A stretch of DNA of 64,000 bases, taken from positions 88,350,001 to 88,414,000 of the forward strand of contig OZ024741.1 of the NCBI GenBank assembly GCA_964016885.1, given 5' to 3'. This stretch comes from Eledone cirrhosa (lineage: Eukaryota). Below the pieces are notes generated by a model. That model was not told the DNA's origin. It searched no databases and saw only the letters and a list, made by a program, of their open reading frames with translations. This document shows positions 41,968 through 57,310 of this stretch, in pieces; position 1 is the stretch's first letter; every line of letters starts with the position of its first letter. Position numbers and translations under genes: made by a program.

Positions 41968-44900
41968 TTGGCAATTTATCGCACTACTAGTAGCAGAGCT
42001 GATGTCTCTGACAAGACTAACTCTTCCTTCTACTCTACGTCACCTCTATTTATTCCTGTCTCGATTTTTTAGTCAAATGGTTACTGCCAGATCTTAGACA
42101 GAGTAGAAAGATACAGGTTTTTCATGAACACTGGGTGGCATGATAACAATGGTCAAAACCCAAACTCTATAACTAATTCCAAATTAGTTATAGAGTATTT
42201 TCAACGAATAAATGCTTTGATTTGATCAATTAAAATGCATCTTGTGAAGATCATGTGTATCTAGTTACCACCCACACACACAAATGTGTGTATGTGTGTG
42301 TTTGCATTATATGTAGATAGATATACATACATAAACCTATACACACACATCTATAATGATAATAATATCTACCTACAGTGGCCTAAGAGCATAACATTAC
42401 AAGCCATATGTACATGTATGTGTGTGTGTGTATAGTGTGTGTTTGCAATGTGTGTAGTGTGCGTATGTGTTTGCAGTGTGAAGTGTGCGTGTGTGTTTGC
42501 AATGTGTGTGTATCCTATGAGTATTAATAAAATTCTCCTAATCTTTCATCATGATTATTAAGTTCATGATAAGAAGTGACCATTAAAAGTGGATTGTCCA
42601 GCTGATAACTATTGACACACTATTTCAGTGGTCAAACCCACTTATTAAAGTAGATTTTTTTCTTCATCATCTCTGTTGCCATCATCTGCTAGTTTTTGAT
42701 CAGTCATCACATGAGATTAAATAACTTACATCAGAATAGACAAACATTACCTACACATATTCTTCAGTATTATATCTTCTTGATGTTGATATTTAGCCCC
42801 AGGTCAGCTGATTCAGCAGATCTAGAATTTAAAATGTTCCAGCCACAGCCATCTTGTCATTTTCTTTTCAGGCAGTGTACTTAGAACTACCATACCCAAT
42901 GTGTTCTTTCTTTCTTTTTTTAAGATGGCAGAATATATGAAGGCAATTCGACTGCTATTTCTAGCAAGTCATTTAAGTTATCACATAAAAGCTCCTTTAT
43001 CAGCCATCTTTTTTACTGGTTTCAATCATTGACTGTGAGTTTCCTGGAACATTACCTTCAATGTTATAGTCAGCTACGTTGAGCCCCAGCACTTTAATTT
43101 AAACTCAGAATGCCATAAGGAATTTTGTCTAAAGTTCTACCAATTCTTGTCTATTCCCCACACTTTGTATTATACTTACTGACAACAGCTATTTAGTGAA
43201 GGACTAAATACCTGGTACTGTTGCCACAATAAAATGCACATTGTACACCCTGTAAAGTGTTAGTGTTGGTGATACAATAAAAAGCCCCCAGTCCACTCAG
43301 TAAAGTAGTAGTGCTGGCACCACAATAAAATGCACCTAGTACATTCTGTAAGGTGGCTGATGTTAGGAAGGGTATCCAGCCATAGAAACCATGCCAAATA
43401 TGGAATGCATGAGCAAGATGAGGTCTCTCTAACTGATCTAACTTTGGATTGCAACAACCCGTCCAACTTATGCCAACATGTAAGGCTGATGTAAAATGAT
43501 AATGATGATGATGGTGATATCACCCATATTTATCAAATGATGTCAAACAATCTATGAATAAATCATGAGAACCAATTTGGAAAATGTCAAAATATTCATT
43601 AACAAATGTCAATTAGATATGATAACAAAAAAAATGTGAGTTTCTGATAACAAATATTTTCTAATAGCTTTCCTAAACTGTTTTTATATTTTCCTGCTTT
43701 TCTTTTCTTTCTGTATCACTTAAGCATAAATGATAAACTCACAACACAACAAACTCAAACTCTTTGTATTCTGAGTTCAAATCTCACCAAGGTCAACTTT
43801 CATTCTTTTGGGGTTGATAAAGTACCATTCAAGGGTAACATATCGGTGAAATCATTTGTGTGCTAGACGGGATGTCTTGCGATATTTGTTCTGGTTCTTT
43901 GTAATCTGAATTTATATCTGACTGAGCATGGAAGTCAACCATGTATAAACCCTACAGTTAACCATGGAGAGCAAAGAATTCAGAACACTCTCTCATATCA
44001 TTTTAACTCTTAACAGCCTGTACCACATGAAACCACATTAGCAAAGCATTCTTGAAAAGTACAAAAAAGCGCAATCACTGTATCACATTAAAAATTTAGT
44101 TTACTGCAAATTTTCACAACAATCTGTTTACTAGTAAAGATACTATAAACATTTGGATCAATAAACCTGTTTGTCACAGTCTATAAAAAATATATTCTTC
44201 ATGCATGGTGCTCCATCTTCAATTTAATCTGACAAAGGATCCCAAATTATCTCTTAAAATGTTTTTATTTAGGAGAACAAGAATAGCATGCATATTAAAA
44301 CAACTACATACCAGAAGCAAGTCGAGTAGTTTATCAGAATAGAACTCTATGGAGAATAATGAAACTTTTCATTCAAAAAATCTGCCAGAAAAATGATGGA
44401 GTGACATTTTAGGGAAATTACTCCATGCAATTAGATCTCTCCTTTTACACTATGACTAAACAGATGTATGAAGAAAAACCATTTAACATTCAGTGTTATT
44501 CATAAAAAGGAGTCTTGACCTTGACAGTTGTCTGAATTTGGAGTTGCCTTGCTTATAAAGGTTAATCCTAACAATAAATATGAGCCAAAGGTTGATTATG
44601 TTAAACTAATTAACACTACTCATTGCTGTATATGCCAACCACATTTACAGTGTGAGCTAGGTACTTTTTGTTGTGACACCTACACAACCACTTTACAGTG
44701 TGGGCTAGGTGCTTTTTGTGTGACACCTATACGACCACTTTACAGTGTGGACTGGGCATATTTTGTCATGTCGCCATCAAGACCACTTTATAGTGTGAGC
44801 TAAATTTAAATAAAATACTGTATAATGGACATTCTTATTCTATAAAATTAGGTGCAGTTTCAGGTCGATTGGTATAAAAAAAAAGCTTAAGTACTGAGAT

Positions 44901-44998
44901 TCTTGGCCATATTCAGTGTTTGACTCAGAATCTGCTAAGACAGTGTGATGGGGGAGGGATCTCCCATCCATTCTCATCATTCAACAGCCTTTTATAAT

Positions 44999-45183
44999 TG
45001 TTTCTATTATTGGCACAAGGCCAGCAATTACCCAGTGCATTACTGGTACTTTATTTTATCGACCCCGTAAGGATGAAAGGCAAAGTCAACCTCAGCGGGA
45101 TTTGAACTCAGATCGTAAAGGGATGTAACTATGCTGGAAAGTATGTCCGACCCTCTACTGATACTGCCAATACACCGCCCTTA
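44999..45183 (-). mobile_element. tRNA-SINE family 1 with a 16-bp target-site duplication, inserted in an old RTE relic (to about 45400)
   Basis: TSD aacagccttttataat at 44983-44998 and 45184-45199. The flank encodes DIVGEKCIWNDSGALA and CYYKRL. Confidence 0.85.
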
Positions 45184-46109
45184 AACAGCCTTTTATAATA
45201 ATAACATTTTCATGTCTCTTTCTTATCAGCATAAAATGAGAGCAAGTGCACCACTATCATTCCATATGCACTTCTCCCCAACAATGTCTGAGATCACCTC
45301 TGATCTTCACATCACCAAATATGTACAAATCTTTCACTTTGGCTTCTTTTCTTGCTAAGTTTACTTGCTGTTTAACTTCTCTTCAAGCTACATATGCCTG
45401 TGTGTTTTGTTTTCTTATTTCAGGCTGGACAGTTATAAATAACATTTTCTTTGTCAGTCAAATGTTTTTGTGTTTTTCACAGATTTTCTTTCAGATCCCA
45501 TCATCACCATCTCTGTTGCTTTTGTTTGTTTTCAATTAAAACAAAAGATTCCTTCAATTAGGCTTAAAGAGTGAACAATATTCTCTCTTCACCCACCCTT
45601 TCAACCCTCTTTCAGGAATGTTCTGGAAAATAGTTTAAAAGCTAAGAACATTTGCTTTTTTCAGTGTCTCAGTTTCTCTTATCATCTCAGTTTTCTGTCT
45701 CTAACTGTTTTACCTGTTCATGTTTTTGTCTTTAATCTCTGTCAATCAGCATTACTTAATTCTATGACTCTCTCTATATATTTGAAACATATACACACAT
45801 ATCATTATCATCATTCTTACATCCACTTTTTCCATGATTCTTCAGGCAGGTTTTCTATGGTTTGATGCTCTTCCTGATGCCAACACAAGTGCTGTACATA
45901 AATATTAATTAATTAATTATACCAACAATAAATGCACATTATGCAGGAATTTATCTAAATGTTTACAACCCCCCCATTAACCCTTTTGATATGAAAACAC
46001 CTGAAACTGTCCCTGATTCTAAAATACAAAACTATTTGTTTTAAAGTGTCTATACTTATCAAAAAACCTCCAATCATAATTTTATGTAATTTATGTTCCA
46101 AACACCTGC

Positions 46110-46308
46110 TTAACCCTTTAGCATTTACATTACTCTATATTTCACAGTAAAGGCTTTACCTCACATAATTATCTCACATAATATTGAATCTATGAGATTT
46201 TGATATTTATTTTGAGAACAATACCTTAACATCAGTATGAGTGGCTGGTTACAACTAGTTTGAACAGGAAGAAGTGAGAGAATTCTGGTTTAAATGCTAA
46301 AGGGTTAA
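46110..46308. mobile_element. piggyBac-type MITE copy 6, nested in a second TTAA-CCCTT family element (about 45977-46884)
   Basis: TTAA ends. The host element starts ttaacccttttgat, as at 30587, 32880 and 55086. Confidence 0.8.
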
Positions 46309-47124
46309 TAATCATAAAGTTTTGTATGTATATATGGACCCATAGCTCCGGATGGAGTTGTAAGGGTGCCAAAATAACATTTTTTATACCCAACATAGCT
46401 CATCCCCTCTCTATGTATGAACACAGCCTATTTCTTCCAGAGAAGGAAAGAAACAGTGGTAGAGAGCAAGTCAGAAAACGATATATATCAACCCCAGTAT
46501 TGGATTAGTACAATTTTGTATCAACCTCAAATGAATGAAAGTCAAAGCTGACTGGAATGAATACTTTAAAGCATTCTATCTGACATCCTAACAATGCTGC
46601 CAATTCACGGCCTACTCAGAAAGTTAATTATATTATATAATCCTTTCAAATTCTTGGCTATTTTCACATTGATTAAGAGTTAATAAGTTAACCAGTGCAG
46701 GAGAGAGAGAGAGAGAGTATATGTAGCCTTTACATGTTGGTGAGATCGGTGTATCTGATACCCAGCCTAAACACCTGTATATCAATATCTACAGAAAAAA
46801 ACATGGACTGAAAGTGAACCAGGGATTTATCTGAATGTTTACAAAAGAGGTCTTTCATTAGAAATATGCTAATGAAAGGGTTAGTGTTGGTGTTAGACTA
46901 GGCAGTATATTAAGGAAAAAAATTCCCTAGCAGTTGCCAGGGTTGGGTCTACCTGTCCTGTCCAATATTAATCTTATCAATCACCAGCGAACCTGCAATA
47001 GCCATCGGTGGTAGCCACCTCCAAGCCCCTGCTCATAAATTTTCATTAGCAAAGTCAAGCTATACCAATGATAAGATTATGACTGAAAGAGTCTATCAAT
47101 CTGTTCAACCATGAGAAAACAGCA

Positions 47125-47353
47125 TTAACCGTTTAGCATTTAAACCAGCTGTAGCTGGCTAGAATTCTCCCACTTCTTTCTGTTCAAACTGGCTGTAATC
47201 AGCTGCTCATAGTGATGTTAAGGTATTGTTCTCAAAATAAATAATATCAAAATTTCATAGATTTAATATTATGTAAGATAATTATGTGAGGTAAAGCCTT
47301 TACCACAAAAATACAATAGTATATATAGAGTAATGTGAATGCTAAAGGGTTAA
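47125..47353. mobile_element. piggyBac-type MITE copy 7
   Basis: TTAA plus TIRs, reverse orientation. Confidence 0.85.
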
Positions 47354-48154
47354 AATGATAGTGGTGATGGAGTTTGGACCTCCCTTGCCAACAATTATTT
47401 TTGTTACTCTCTTCAATGCTTTCCCTATCTTGTTACTCTCTCTCTCTCTCTTGTTTATCACTCACTCCATCTCCTAACACTGTCTCCTGCCTATCACTCT
47501 ATATGACTAGTCATCACTCCTTCTCATTATTCCCTCCTCTATCACTCACCATAAATCTGGAAACATTAATGTTGTTTGACTATGAAAAACAGTCTAAGTG
47601 AAAAAGAAAAAAGAAATGGAGAAGAAAGAATGGAATGTAAAAAAAGAAAATATAAAAATTCAAAAGGGAGGGAAAGGCAAGAACTCTTGTATCACTGAAG
47701 AATGGGGAGGGGCAAGGAGGGTGATGGGGTCTGGGCCTAGGGCACAATGGTATTGGGGTTGCACACCCCCACCCCCACCCCATGGACAAGACCTCAAAAG
47801 CATTCCCATGGACAATGGCCAGTGACACCTCTAAATCTTATCAATCTCTCTCTTTCACCACTGCCTCTACCTATCACTCTCACCCACCACTGTCTCTCAC
47901 CTATCACTCCCACTTACCTATTACTCTCTCTTCCACTACTCCCACTTACCTATCACTCTCTCTCCCACCACTATGCCTCACTTATCCCTCCATCTTCCAA
48001 TACTTTCTCAACAATCACTCCTTCTTCCACTACTGTCTCTCTCAACAATCACTCTCTTCCACCACTCTATCTCTCACCTATCACTCCTTCTCACATATAA
48101 TTCTCTCTCCCACCACTGTCTCTCACTCATTTATGACTCCTTCTTCCACCATTG

Positions 48155-48189
<35 letters not shown>

Positions 48190-48391
48190 TTCTTCCCCCC
48201 ATCACATCAGCTTAGCAGAAAGTATATAATTAATTAGATGAAGAGATATGTATTAAAATGAGATAAATGTTTTGCTGTGTAGTAATAAAAGACCAAGGAA
48301 TATATTTAATACACAGACAACAGATAACTTGAGATCTAATCTCTGCTTTTCAATTCTGACTTGTTTTCCCTATGTTTGTTTTTCTAATCAT

Positions 48392-48717
48392 ATCATCATC
48401 ATCATCATCATCATTTCATTTTACGGCTGCTTTTCCCTGCTTGCAAGGGTGGGATGGGAACTGATTTGGCTTGATTTCTACAGCTGGATGCCCTTCCTAA
48501 CACCAATCTCATTTACAGTGAGTGCTGGGTGCTTTTTTCCGTGGCGCCTACACGTCCACTTTACAGTGTGGGCTGAGTGCTTTTTTGCCGTGGCACCTCC
48601 ACAACCACTTTGCAGTGGAATGATAGGAACCCCAGTCCCTATCATCTCATTTCTACAGCTGAGTAAACTGAAGCAATGTGAAATAAAGTGTCTTGCTCAA
48701 GGAAACAACACATCACC
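48392..48717 (-). mobile_element. Tripartite chimeric SINE (family 2 core + RTE-A UTR + RTE-C tail)
   Basis: 48642-48717 matches the family-2 core, 48459-48615 matches the RTE-A UTR and 48392-48458 matches the 63370 tail. Confidence 0.7.
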
Positions 48718-51516
48718 CTTGAGCATAATTAATTATCTTATTGTGAATTAAGAGAAGAGATTTTAACATATAACCTAAGTAGGCCCTCAGACTGCAGAAA
48801 GTTTCTTTGAATTTAGTTATTGTTGTTAGGTAGACCCACGTCAGCTTTGACCAAGAAGAGCTGTCACATAGATAGTTCTATCTCTAGGTGTAAATCACAG
48901 ATTTAGTGCTCCAGCTATACCATTCCTCTGTCTAAAGAAGGGCCACACTGAGCACCCATGATACAATAGTTTATTTGTAGAGTGTGAAATGTTGAAGTCT
49001 CGGCATATTACTATTTTGTGATGTTTGCAGTTTGTTTAGATTCACTATAGTGAGATTATGGAGAAAACAAATATGGCCAGAGAACCAGATCAAAAGCTTT
49101 GCAGAGAAGCATTCGACATACTAAATACAAATACACTAGTGTCACACTAATGTAATGTAATGAGTTGAACAACTGACATTATCCAAGTAATTAGTTGACA
49201 TAGAAACTCTAATAAGAACAGTTGATCAAAACTTTTGGACAATGAGTAAAAAGCAACAAACATGTTTTAGCCTTACTAAACCTCCTCAGCGAAACATATT
49301 CTCTTCTGTTGGTATTCATTAAGAGTGATCAATACATATAGAAATCGTTGGCGGTAGTGATACTGATTATAAATATGAATAATATGACATGGAAAATAAC
49401 TAAGGGGAGAATTCTACATACTAAATACATGTACAATAGAATCTCACACATATTTATCATGAGTTGAACTGCTTCCTAAAGTGAAATTGAACATGTTTCA
49501 TGTCTACTTATGTCTCATCTACCAGCTACTACTGCTATGTAGTACTTTAATTTACTCAGCAAGCATCATAAATTCTCAATTATATACATACCAAAGTGGT
49601 TAACTTTTATTCATATATCAATACCTATAAACAATAATTCTCTTTTCTAGTCTATATTTTGTTACCAAAATTCTAATGAAAGACATTGCCAATGATTTTC
49701 AAATCTCTTTGAAAATAATCAAGAATTTGGAGGGATTTAACTTTCTTGTTATTTAGCTGATGCTTAGAGCATTACTTAACAAATGTTCTTACATGAAATT
49801 ATGATGGAAGAGCACACACTGTAAAGTGGTAGTGTTGGTGCCATGATAAACACATCCAGCCTACTCTGTAAAGGGGTAGTACTGGTGACCCGATGAAAAT
49901 GCAGATTCCACTCTGTTAAGTGGTTGTGGTGGTGCTACAATAAAATGCACCCAGCGCACACCTTGAAGTGGTTGGCATTAGGAAAGGCATCTAGCCATAT
50001 AAACCAAGCTAAAAATGTAGCATATAAGCAAGACATGGTAACCTGACCTGCCTAGCCTCAGAATATAATAACTCGCCTAACCCATACAAGCATGGAAAAT
50101 ACTCATATGATGATGATGATGAAGATAAACACTTTATAATATTCATCTTTGTATAATAGAACATGCGGCTATTCCAAGCTCCAAGCAGTTTAGTATCAAA
50201 AGGATTAAGCAACTCACTTCTACATTCATTAGGAATCTGTGCCTTTCATTGCGCTTTTTCATATGAAAAGGGACCTTCTATGTTGTTAATAAAAGCAAAC
50301 ACTCTTTAAATATTTTCTCTATTTAATTTGAAGAACAACTATGATTGCTTTCACAGATGATACTTAATTATTACTAATTAAGTCACCTCAATTACAAAAG
50401 CCATTTAATGCTTCCAAACAAAATACTAATATAAATTAATAATATAAATTCAGTATTTTGAAAATGAATGAAACACACTGGAAGTGGTTAATAGAGAAAG
50501 TCATTCATTAGGAGGTACATTTACAATTGACCATCTGTGAGCATAACAAAACAATAATAAAAGATTTAATGAAAACTATCAAGTCATTTATTTATAACAT
50601 TATGGTTTGTATTGAGTTGGGTTATTTGACAGAGTTGTTAGGGCATTGGATATTTATTCTGGGTCTTTGTGTCTTGAGTTCAAATCTTGCTGTGGTCCAC
50701 TTTGCCTATCACCCTTTTGGAGTTGATAAAAAAATGTACGAACCAGAGCTAGTGCAAACCTCTCTCCTTCCAACTGTCATATCCTGACAGAGTGTCAAAA
50801 GGGTGTCTATAACTACTCATGGCTGTATAGGCGGCACCTAAAACTCTTAGAGAAAGCATGGAACATACTACCAATTCATACTCAATTGCAAGTGATGGCT
50901 ATGGGTTTTTTATGGTTTATTTGTGTATGGCACAATAAGAAAAATACTATTGTTACTCAGTTTCACCATATGTGATGTGTATGGCAAAACACATTTTCTT
51001 TTAGGATAAATCTTTATAAATCCTACATTACTTATTCTTCAGCCAATTTTTGTTAGTAAGTATAGACAGGAAGTGGAAACAATTATTTCTATCAGAAGGA
51101 AAATAGGAAAATCTTTTGTTAAACTATTTTTTTTAAAACTTCAGTTGTGTCAAAGACATGACAACCTACCAAGTGCTGGTGCCACGAGAAAATGCACATC
51201 ATGAAGATAGCCTTGCTGCCCTCCTTTAACTAAGAAAGGTTAATCTGCCTGGTGGCCATGGTGAATGGGCCTGCCTTGTACGTGTACCTGTAGTATTGAA
51301 GGTCAACTGGGAGAGGGCGCTCGTCCTAGAAGTCAGGGTGACAGTGACCTTTTGTGGGCTTTCTCCATGGTCTCCCCCTACTGGGGAAATTTTTCTTTTG
51401 TTTTAATTTTAAGTCTTTTGTTATCGTTTCTTGTCTGTTTGTTTTTTACATGCAGAAATCGACACTGTCTCGTCCCGTGCTGTCCTTTTGTAAACCTTTT
51501 GTGGTTAATAAAGAAA

Positions 51517-52000
51517 TCATTATTATTATTATTATTATATTTGTCTAATTTTTGTTGTGCATCATCACTGCATTACCGAGCGCAGGTATGTGCAGTATGG
51601 TTTGTAGTGGTATTGTTTCTATTGTATTGTAAGTATTCTTCATAATATGTTTGCAGTGCCTAGTAATGCTATTTTTGTATGCTGCATATATTTGTAAGTC
51701 CTGGGGTTTGGGTTATGTATCTGTCTGTGTGTGTTTTTTATAATTCCCAGAGCACCCATTATTGTTCAAATCCCGCCGAGGTTGACTTTGCCTTTCATCC
51801 TTACGGGGGTCGATAAAATAAAGTACCAGTAATGTACTGGGTAATTGCTGGCCTTGTGCCAAAAGTAGAAACAATTATTATAGGTAGTGTTTCTATTTTC
51901 ATCATCCACATTAGGTTTATTTCTATCTCTAGATCTTTATATTTGGAGAGTTTCTCCATTTCCTTGGTAAATATATTGTTCTCTGTGGGGATTGACACAT
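51517..52000 (-). mobile_element. R4/Dong-like LINE 3' fragment interrupted by a SINE (similar relic at about 9400-9600)
   Basis: SIPTENNI..KEMEKLSKYKDLEIEI..MW...IIIGALG...LLGTANIL, with a (taa)n tail. Confidence 0.75.
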
Positions 52001-55000
52001 CATCGGTAGAGCGTCGAACACCATGCTTTGCAGCATAGAGTTATGGCCCTTTGCATTCTGAGTTCAAATCCCATCGAGGTTAGCTTTGCCTTTCATCCTT
52101 ACGGGGTCGATAAAATAAAGCATCAGTAATGCACTGAGATCAATGTAATCGACTTTCCCTGTCCCAAAAAATTGCTCGCCTTGTGCCTAAAGTGGAAACA
52201 ATTATTATTCAGATGGTAAAATAAGTTATATTTTATGTCCCTTTACGATCTGAGTTCAAATCCCGCCGAGATTGACTTTGCCTTTCATCCTTACGGGGTC
52301 GGTAAAATAAAGTACCAGTAATGTACTGGATAATTGCTGGCCTTGTGCCTAAAGTAGAAACAATTATTTATTCATAGACTAGTTTGACTAAATTAATTTT
52401 GTAAAGCTAGTGCATGTGAGTGTGTGTGTGTATCCATGCAGTTGAGTGAGCAAAAGTGGTCTAAGTTTATGATTCACTTCTTTTGTCATCTAAACAAATG
52501 CATACCATGTGTGTGTGGGGGGGGGGCCTCAAAGTGGTGCTGGCGTTTATCATCACTTTGAATGAGTATTTATGTGTGCATAAATACAATACACACACAC
52601 TTGCACACTCTTATTACTCGTACCAGTCATCACTCACAATCAAGTATGACGAGGTAGTATTTACTCTGCTTTCACTAAGGGGTTTAGATGCCCATGCAGT
52701 TGTGAATCGACACAAGCACTCTCTTGATCCTCTCTCTTTGATGTGACAGATAGAAGGAATGCAAGAAGGTCACACCAGCACTGAGCTGGTGTTTTCTTCA
52801 TTGACCCTAAAACGATGAATGGTAATGTGAACCTCAGTGGGATTTGAAGTCAGAACACATATCCAATGCTTTGATAACCACCTTAACACACACATATATT
52901 ATAATCATTATCATCACTGTTTAACAATTTTTTCATGCTTGCATGAATTAGACAGACTGTCACATCATGAAATCAGACAGGTTAGATAAACCCATCTTGA
53001 TCATACACACTGATTTTTTTCTTGATTTTCTATAGCTGGATACTCTTCCTAATGAGAACCATCATAGAGGGTAGTCTGGGTACTTTTTATCATGGCACCA
53101 GTATGACCACCTTAGTAGAATGGAAATCATATTGTCTGTCATGAAAACTGCTAGAGAATTGACTTGTCAAAGATTCAAAGTGAACAGTGAAGTTAGCCGT
53201 AACAAGGAACAGGATTAGTTTAATCTTTCTTAATCTTTAGCTGCCTTCAAACACTCTAATGGACCTAATTTCACAACAAGACTAAATTCATGTAGATGTG
53301 ACATTGTATATTTATTCATAAGTTACACTGTATTGGTGCTCTAGTAAAGATTTGATATTAGTATGGTGGTGAGAGACCAAAAACCACAGTGTCAGTAAGG
53401 ACAATATAGGGTTTGAGAGGACTCTTCAATTTGGATGAGTATGTGACAACCTCTTCAGTGCTAGTGCCATGATAAAATGCACCCAGTATACCCTATGAAA
53501 TGGTAGTGCTGGCTGGAGTGGGGATAAAAGGCACCTAGTCTACCCTGTAAGGTGTTAGTGTTCATATAATAAAATGCACCCAGTATACCCTGTACAGTGT
53601 GAGTGTTGGTGCCATGATAAAACACACCCAGTACATTCTGTAAAGAGGTTGTGGTGGTGCCATGAAAAAAATGCACCCTGTACACCCTGTAAGGTAGTTG
53701 GCATCAGGAAGAGCATCCAACCATAGAAACTGTACCAAATATGAAACATGAGCAAGATGAGGTCGCTCTGACATGTCTTGTCTCAGATCATAATAACCCA
53801 TCCAACCAATGCCAGCATGGAAAACAAACATATGATGATGATGATACTGGTCGGTCAGTAGCAGCTTGATACTAGTATGTAGATGTACTTAAGATTGATA
53901 TAACATTGTTACAAGTATGTCTAGCAACATGTCTAAATGAAGCAATTGCTCACTTCTCCAGCTGTCCACCAGTTAGACATGAGAATTCAAAGATAACTTC
54001 ACATTGTCAGTGTGCTTCAGCTACTGACTCTCAACTCACTGGTGTTTTATTTTTGCTTTAGAACAAATAATAGCTGACACAGAGATGACAGCAGCTATAA
54101 GACTGTGTTATACTAGGTCTATTTCCTGTGTTTACCTACAATACAAAACTACCTGGGAATGGCCCAAGCCATATGTCCTGCTAGAAATAGAAGCCAAAAT
54201 CTATCTCAAATTACACCCTACTGTCTTATAAAAAAAGAACACAAGATAAAGTAGTTATAAATAGTTCTGAAAAATGGAATGGATGTTGCACAGTAGGTCT
54301 GCTAGACTAAGGCTGACTATGGAGAAACAAAAAAGAGCTGAGAAGGCTCTTTGTGTCAAGGGCATGACAACCTCCCTAGTGTTGGTAACATGATAAAACA
54401 CACTCAGTACACTCTGTAAAGTGGTTGGTGATAGGAAGAACATTCAGCCATAGAAAATACTCTTTAGAGTGTGAGAACTTTACCATTGGATATATAAATC
54501 CTGGATACATTACCTGAAAATAAGATGGGTTGGTCATGACTGGAAAGCTTTTATCTTAGGCCTGCTTGATTAAAGGTGACTTTGAGTTAAACAAAAACAA
54601 AAACAAAACACTATCTCCATATTGATGATCCCCCTCCTTATCATTCTTTTACATCCACTTTCCACATTGGTATGGGTTGGACAAGTTGTCATGGTCTAAG
54701 ACCAGACAGGTTGGAGCAACCTCATATGTTCCATATTTGGCATGGTTTCTACAGCTGGATGCCCTTCCTAATGCCAACCACTTTACATGGTGTACTGTGT
54801 GTGTGTGTTTTTGTTTTCATGGCACCAGCACTACCACTTTACAGAGTGTGCTGGGTACATTTTATTGTAGCTCCAACACTAGAGAGGTTGTCACATAAGT
54901 GTTTAGAAAACTGTTTCTTAAATGCCCTACTCACCCATGCTTGCCTTTTCGCAAGTTTCTCAGTGCATTGATACATTTGGCCAAAAATCTTGGAAGAGGT

Positions 55001-55699
55001 TTCTCAAATGATAGGTTTTAGTAATGCTGCAAACATTCTATAAAGACCAACACTCTTTTGAAGTCAACTCGACATAAACACTATATTAACCCTTTTGATA
55101 CCAAACTGCCTGAAACCACCCCTAGGACAATACAAAGTTGTTTGTATGAAAGTGTTTATATTTATCTAAAAACCTCCCATCATAATTTTTAGCATGGAAA
55201 ATGGACATTAAACAGTGATTATGATGATGACTTTGTTAAGTTATTCCCCAAACACCACCTTAATAATTCAGATTGAGATTTATACAGGTTGATTAAACAT
55301 AAATTATTTGGGGTTAGATATTTTATTAAAAATTGTGTTTTGTTCCTGAGTAAATATATTTGTGTGTCGGATCATAGTTGGTTTAGGTTTGAAGAATTTG
55401 TTTATTATTCTGTGGTTGAGTGGGGTTGTGAAAGAGAATTTTTATATATATATTATTGTTATTATTGACTCTTCACTCTTGTCAGGGTATAGAGGATCAG
55501 TTTCCTTCAGTTATGCACCCATAGATGACTTATCAAGCCAATTTGTACACAAAAGAGATGGGAGCAGTCTGGACATTGGATATGTGACAGAGAGTGGGGC
55601 GGCAGAGCTTTGTTCAGTCTGTCTTGTTTCTTCGTCTCAAGGGCATCTCTCCTTGCCAACTCAAAGTATGCTGTGCCCATTTACACCTTCCTCTAAAGC

Positions 55700-55930
55700 T
55701 CCCTATCCTGCACATCAGATTCTCAGTTGTTGTCCAAGTTACAGCTTTTATTCACTTAAGCTGGTCTTTGTAGCACCTCTTTGGTGCACCAAGATAGCAT
55801 TTTCCTACAGTCAGTTCATCATAGAAAACTTTCTTGGGTAGCCTGCATTCATTCATATGTGTGACATGTACTGCCCATCGCAAGTGTTGTACCATTATGG
55901 TGTCTTTGATGCTTCTACTGACAGCTCTGT
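55700..55930 (-). mobile_element. RTE (BovB-like) C-terminal fragment
   Basis: LRWAVHVTHMNECRLPKKVFYDEL..G...GAPKRCYKDQLK. Confidence 0.7.
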
Positions 55931-56533
55931 CAAGTGTCACGGTGTTGCTACTATAAGGGAGTTGGGACAGTAAAATAATAAGATACACACACAGATACAT
56001 AAATATATAAATAAATGTGAGTAAAGTCCCACCTTGACGAGTGCTGGCTGCTTTTTCTAGCAAATGTGGTACTTGCCCAATATCTGGCCTTTGCCTCCCT
56101 TCTGTGACCTATACCACGTGATTTCTTCCTCCAGAGAAATATTCACTTTGTAACGGTCGGGGGGGGGGGGTCTCCTGAAGAGTTGACGACAGATTCACAG
56201 TGCTGGTGCACTTCTCTGGTGCATCAGAGCTGCAGACCAGTCAATGAAACTGCAGTAGGAATTTTGAAGAAAAAATAGGTAAATTCTTTGTGTGTGTATC
56301 TTGAAGGGATTTAGACAATCAAATCAACCCCCAGTATATATTTGTTTCAAGCCCGGTACTTATTTTATCCTTCTCGTTTTGTTGAACTGCTAAGTTACTG
56401 GATATAAACAAACAGTAGATGTATAGCAAAAAATGGCAACAAATATGGTGAGTAATGAACAGAAGTCCAGGAACAAATGAATAAGGAACAAGATTGGTGC
56501 ATCAGCAACACAATTCCTTTTCAAGCATCACTC

Positions 56534-56738
56534 TTAACCCTTTAGCATTCACATTACTCTATATATACTATTATATTTTCATGGTAAATATCTCACATAA
56601 TATTCTATGAGATTTTGAAAGGATTTATTTTGAGAACAATACCTTAACATCAGTTTGAGCGACCAGTTTCAGTCAGTTTCAACAGAAAGAGGTACAGAAT
56701 TCTGGCCGGTTTTGCCCGTTTGAACATTAAAGGGTTAA
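56534..56738. mobile_element. piggyBac-type MITE copy 8
   Basis: TTAA plus TIRs. Confidence 0.8.
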
Positions 56739-57310
56739 TTCTCCCATGTCCCCTATGGCCATTAGAGACATTCACCCTTAGCCTCTGAGGTTTGCTTATA
56801 TTATTTGTTAATTAACATATATTTATATAATTACAAAACAATATAATGTATAACAGGTAACAAAATTTGTAATGTATAAATAATACAACTGTGAATTATA
56901 TATATATATATATAATGCATTATAAACTAAACATAATAAATAGCAGATTGTATTCATCGTTTATATAGTTTTACAATATTTCCTGTTTTTGCCAGTGTAT
57001 TTATAATATTCAATTAGAATAACAATTTTTTGATTGTATATTCTAAATAAATGAATTGCAACAAACTAAACATATTGTCTCTTTTATACAAGGTTTTTAA
57101 AAAAAAGGCCACTCTGTAAAGTGGTACTGCTGATGCCACAAGAAACATACACAGGACATCCTGTAAAGATGGTTGACATTAGGAAAGGCATTCAAGCATA
57201 AAAACCATACCAAATATGGAATGTATGAGGTATGAGCAAAAGGAGGTCTGTCGAACCGATGCCAGGATACAAAACCAACATATGATAAAAATAGCGATTA
57301 TATATATATA

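Noticed and set aside
47374-48237. Ser/Leu/Pro-rich ORFs
   Set aside because: CT-rich low-complexity sequence.
53455-53700. Regularly spaced 40-bp repeats resembling a CRISPR array (also the 143-bp units at 62.2 kb)
   Set aside because: Eukaryotic context, no unique spacers, no cas genes, and the units belong to a SINE body.
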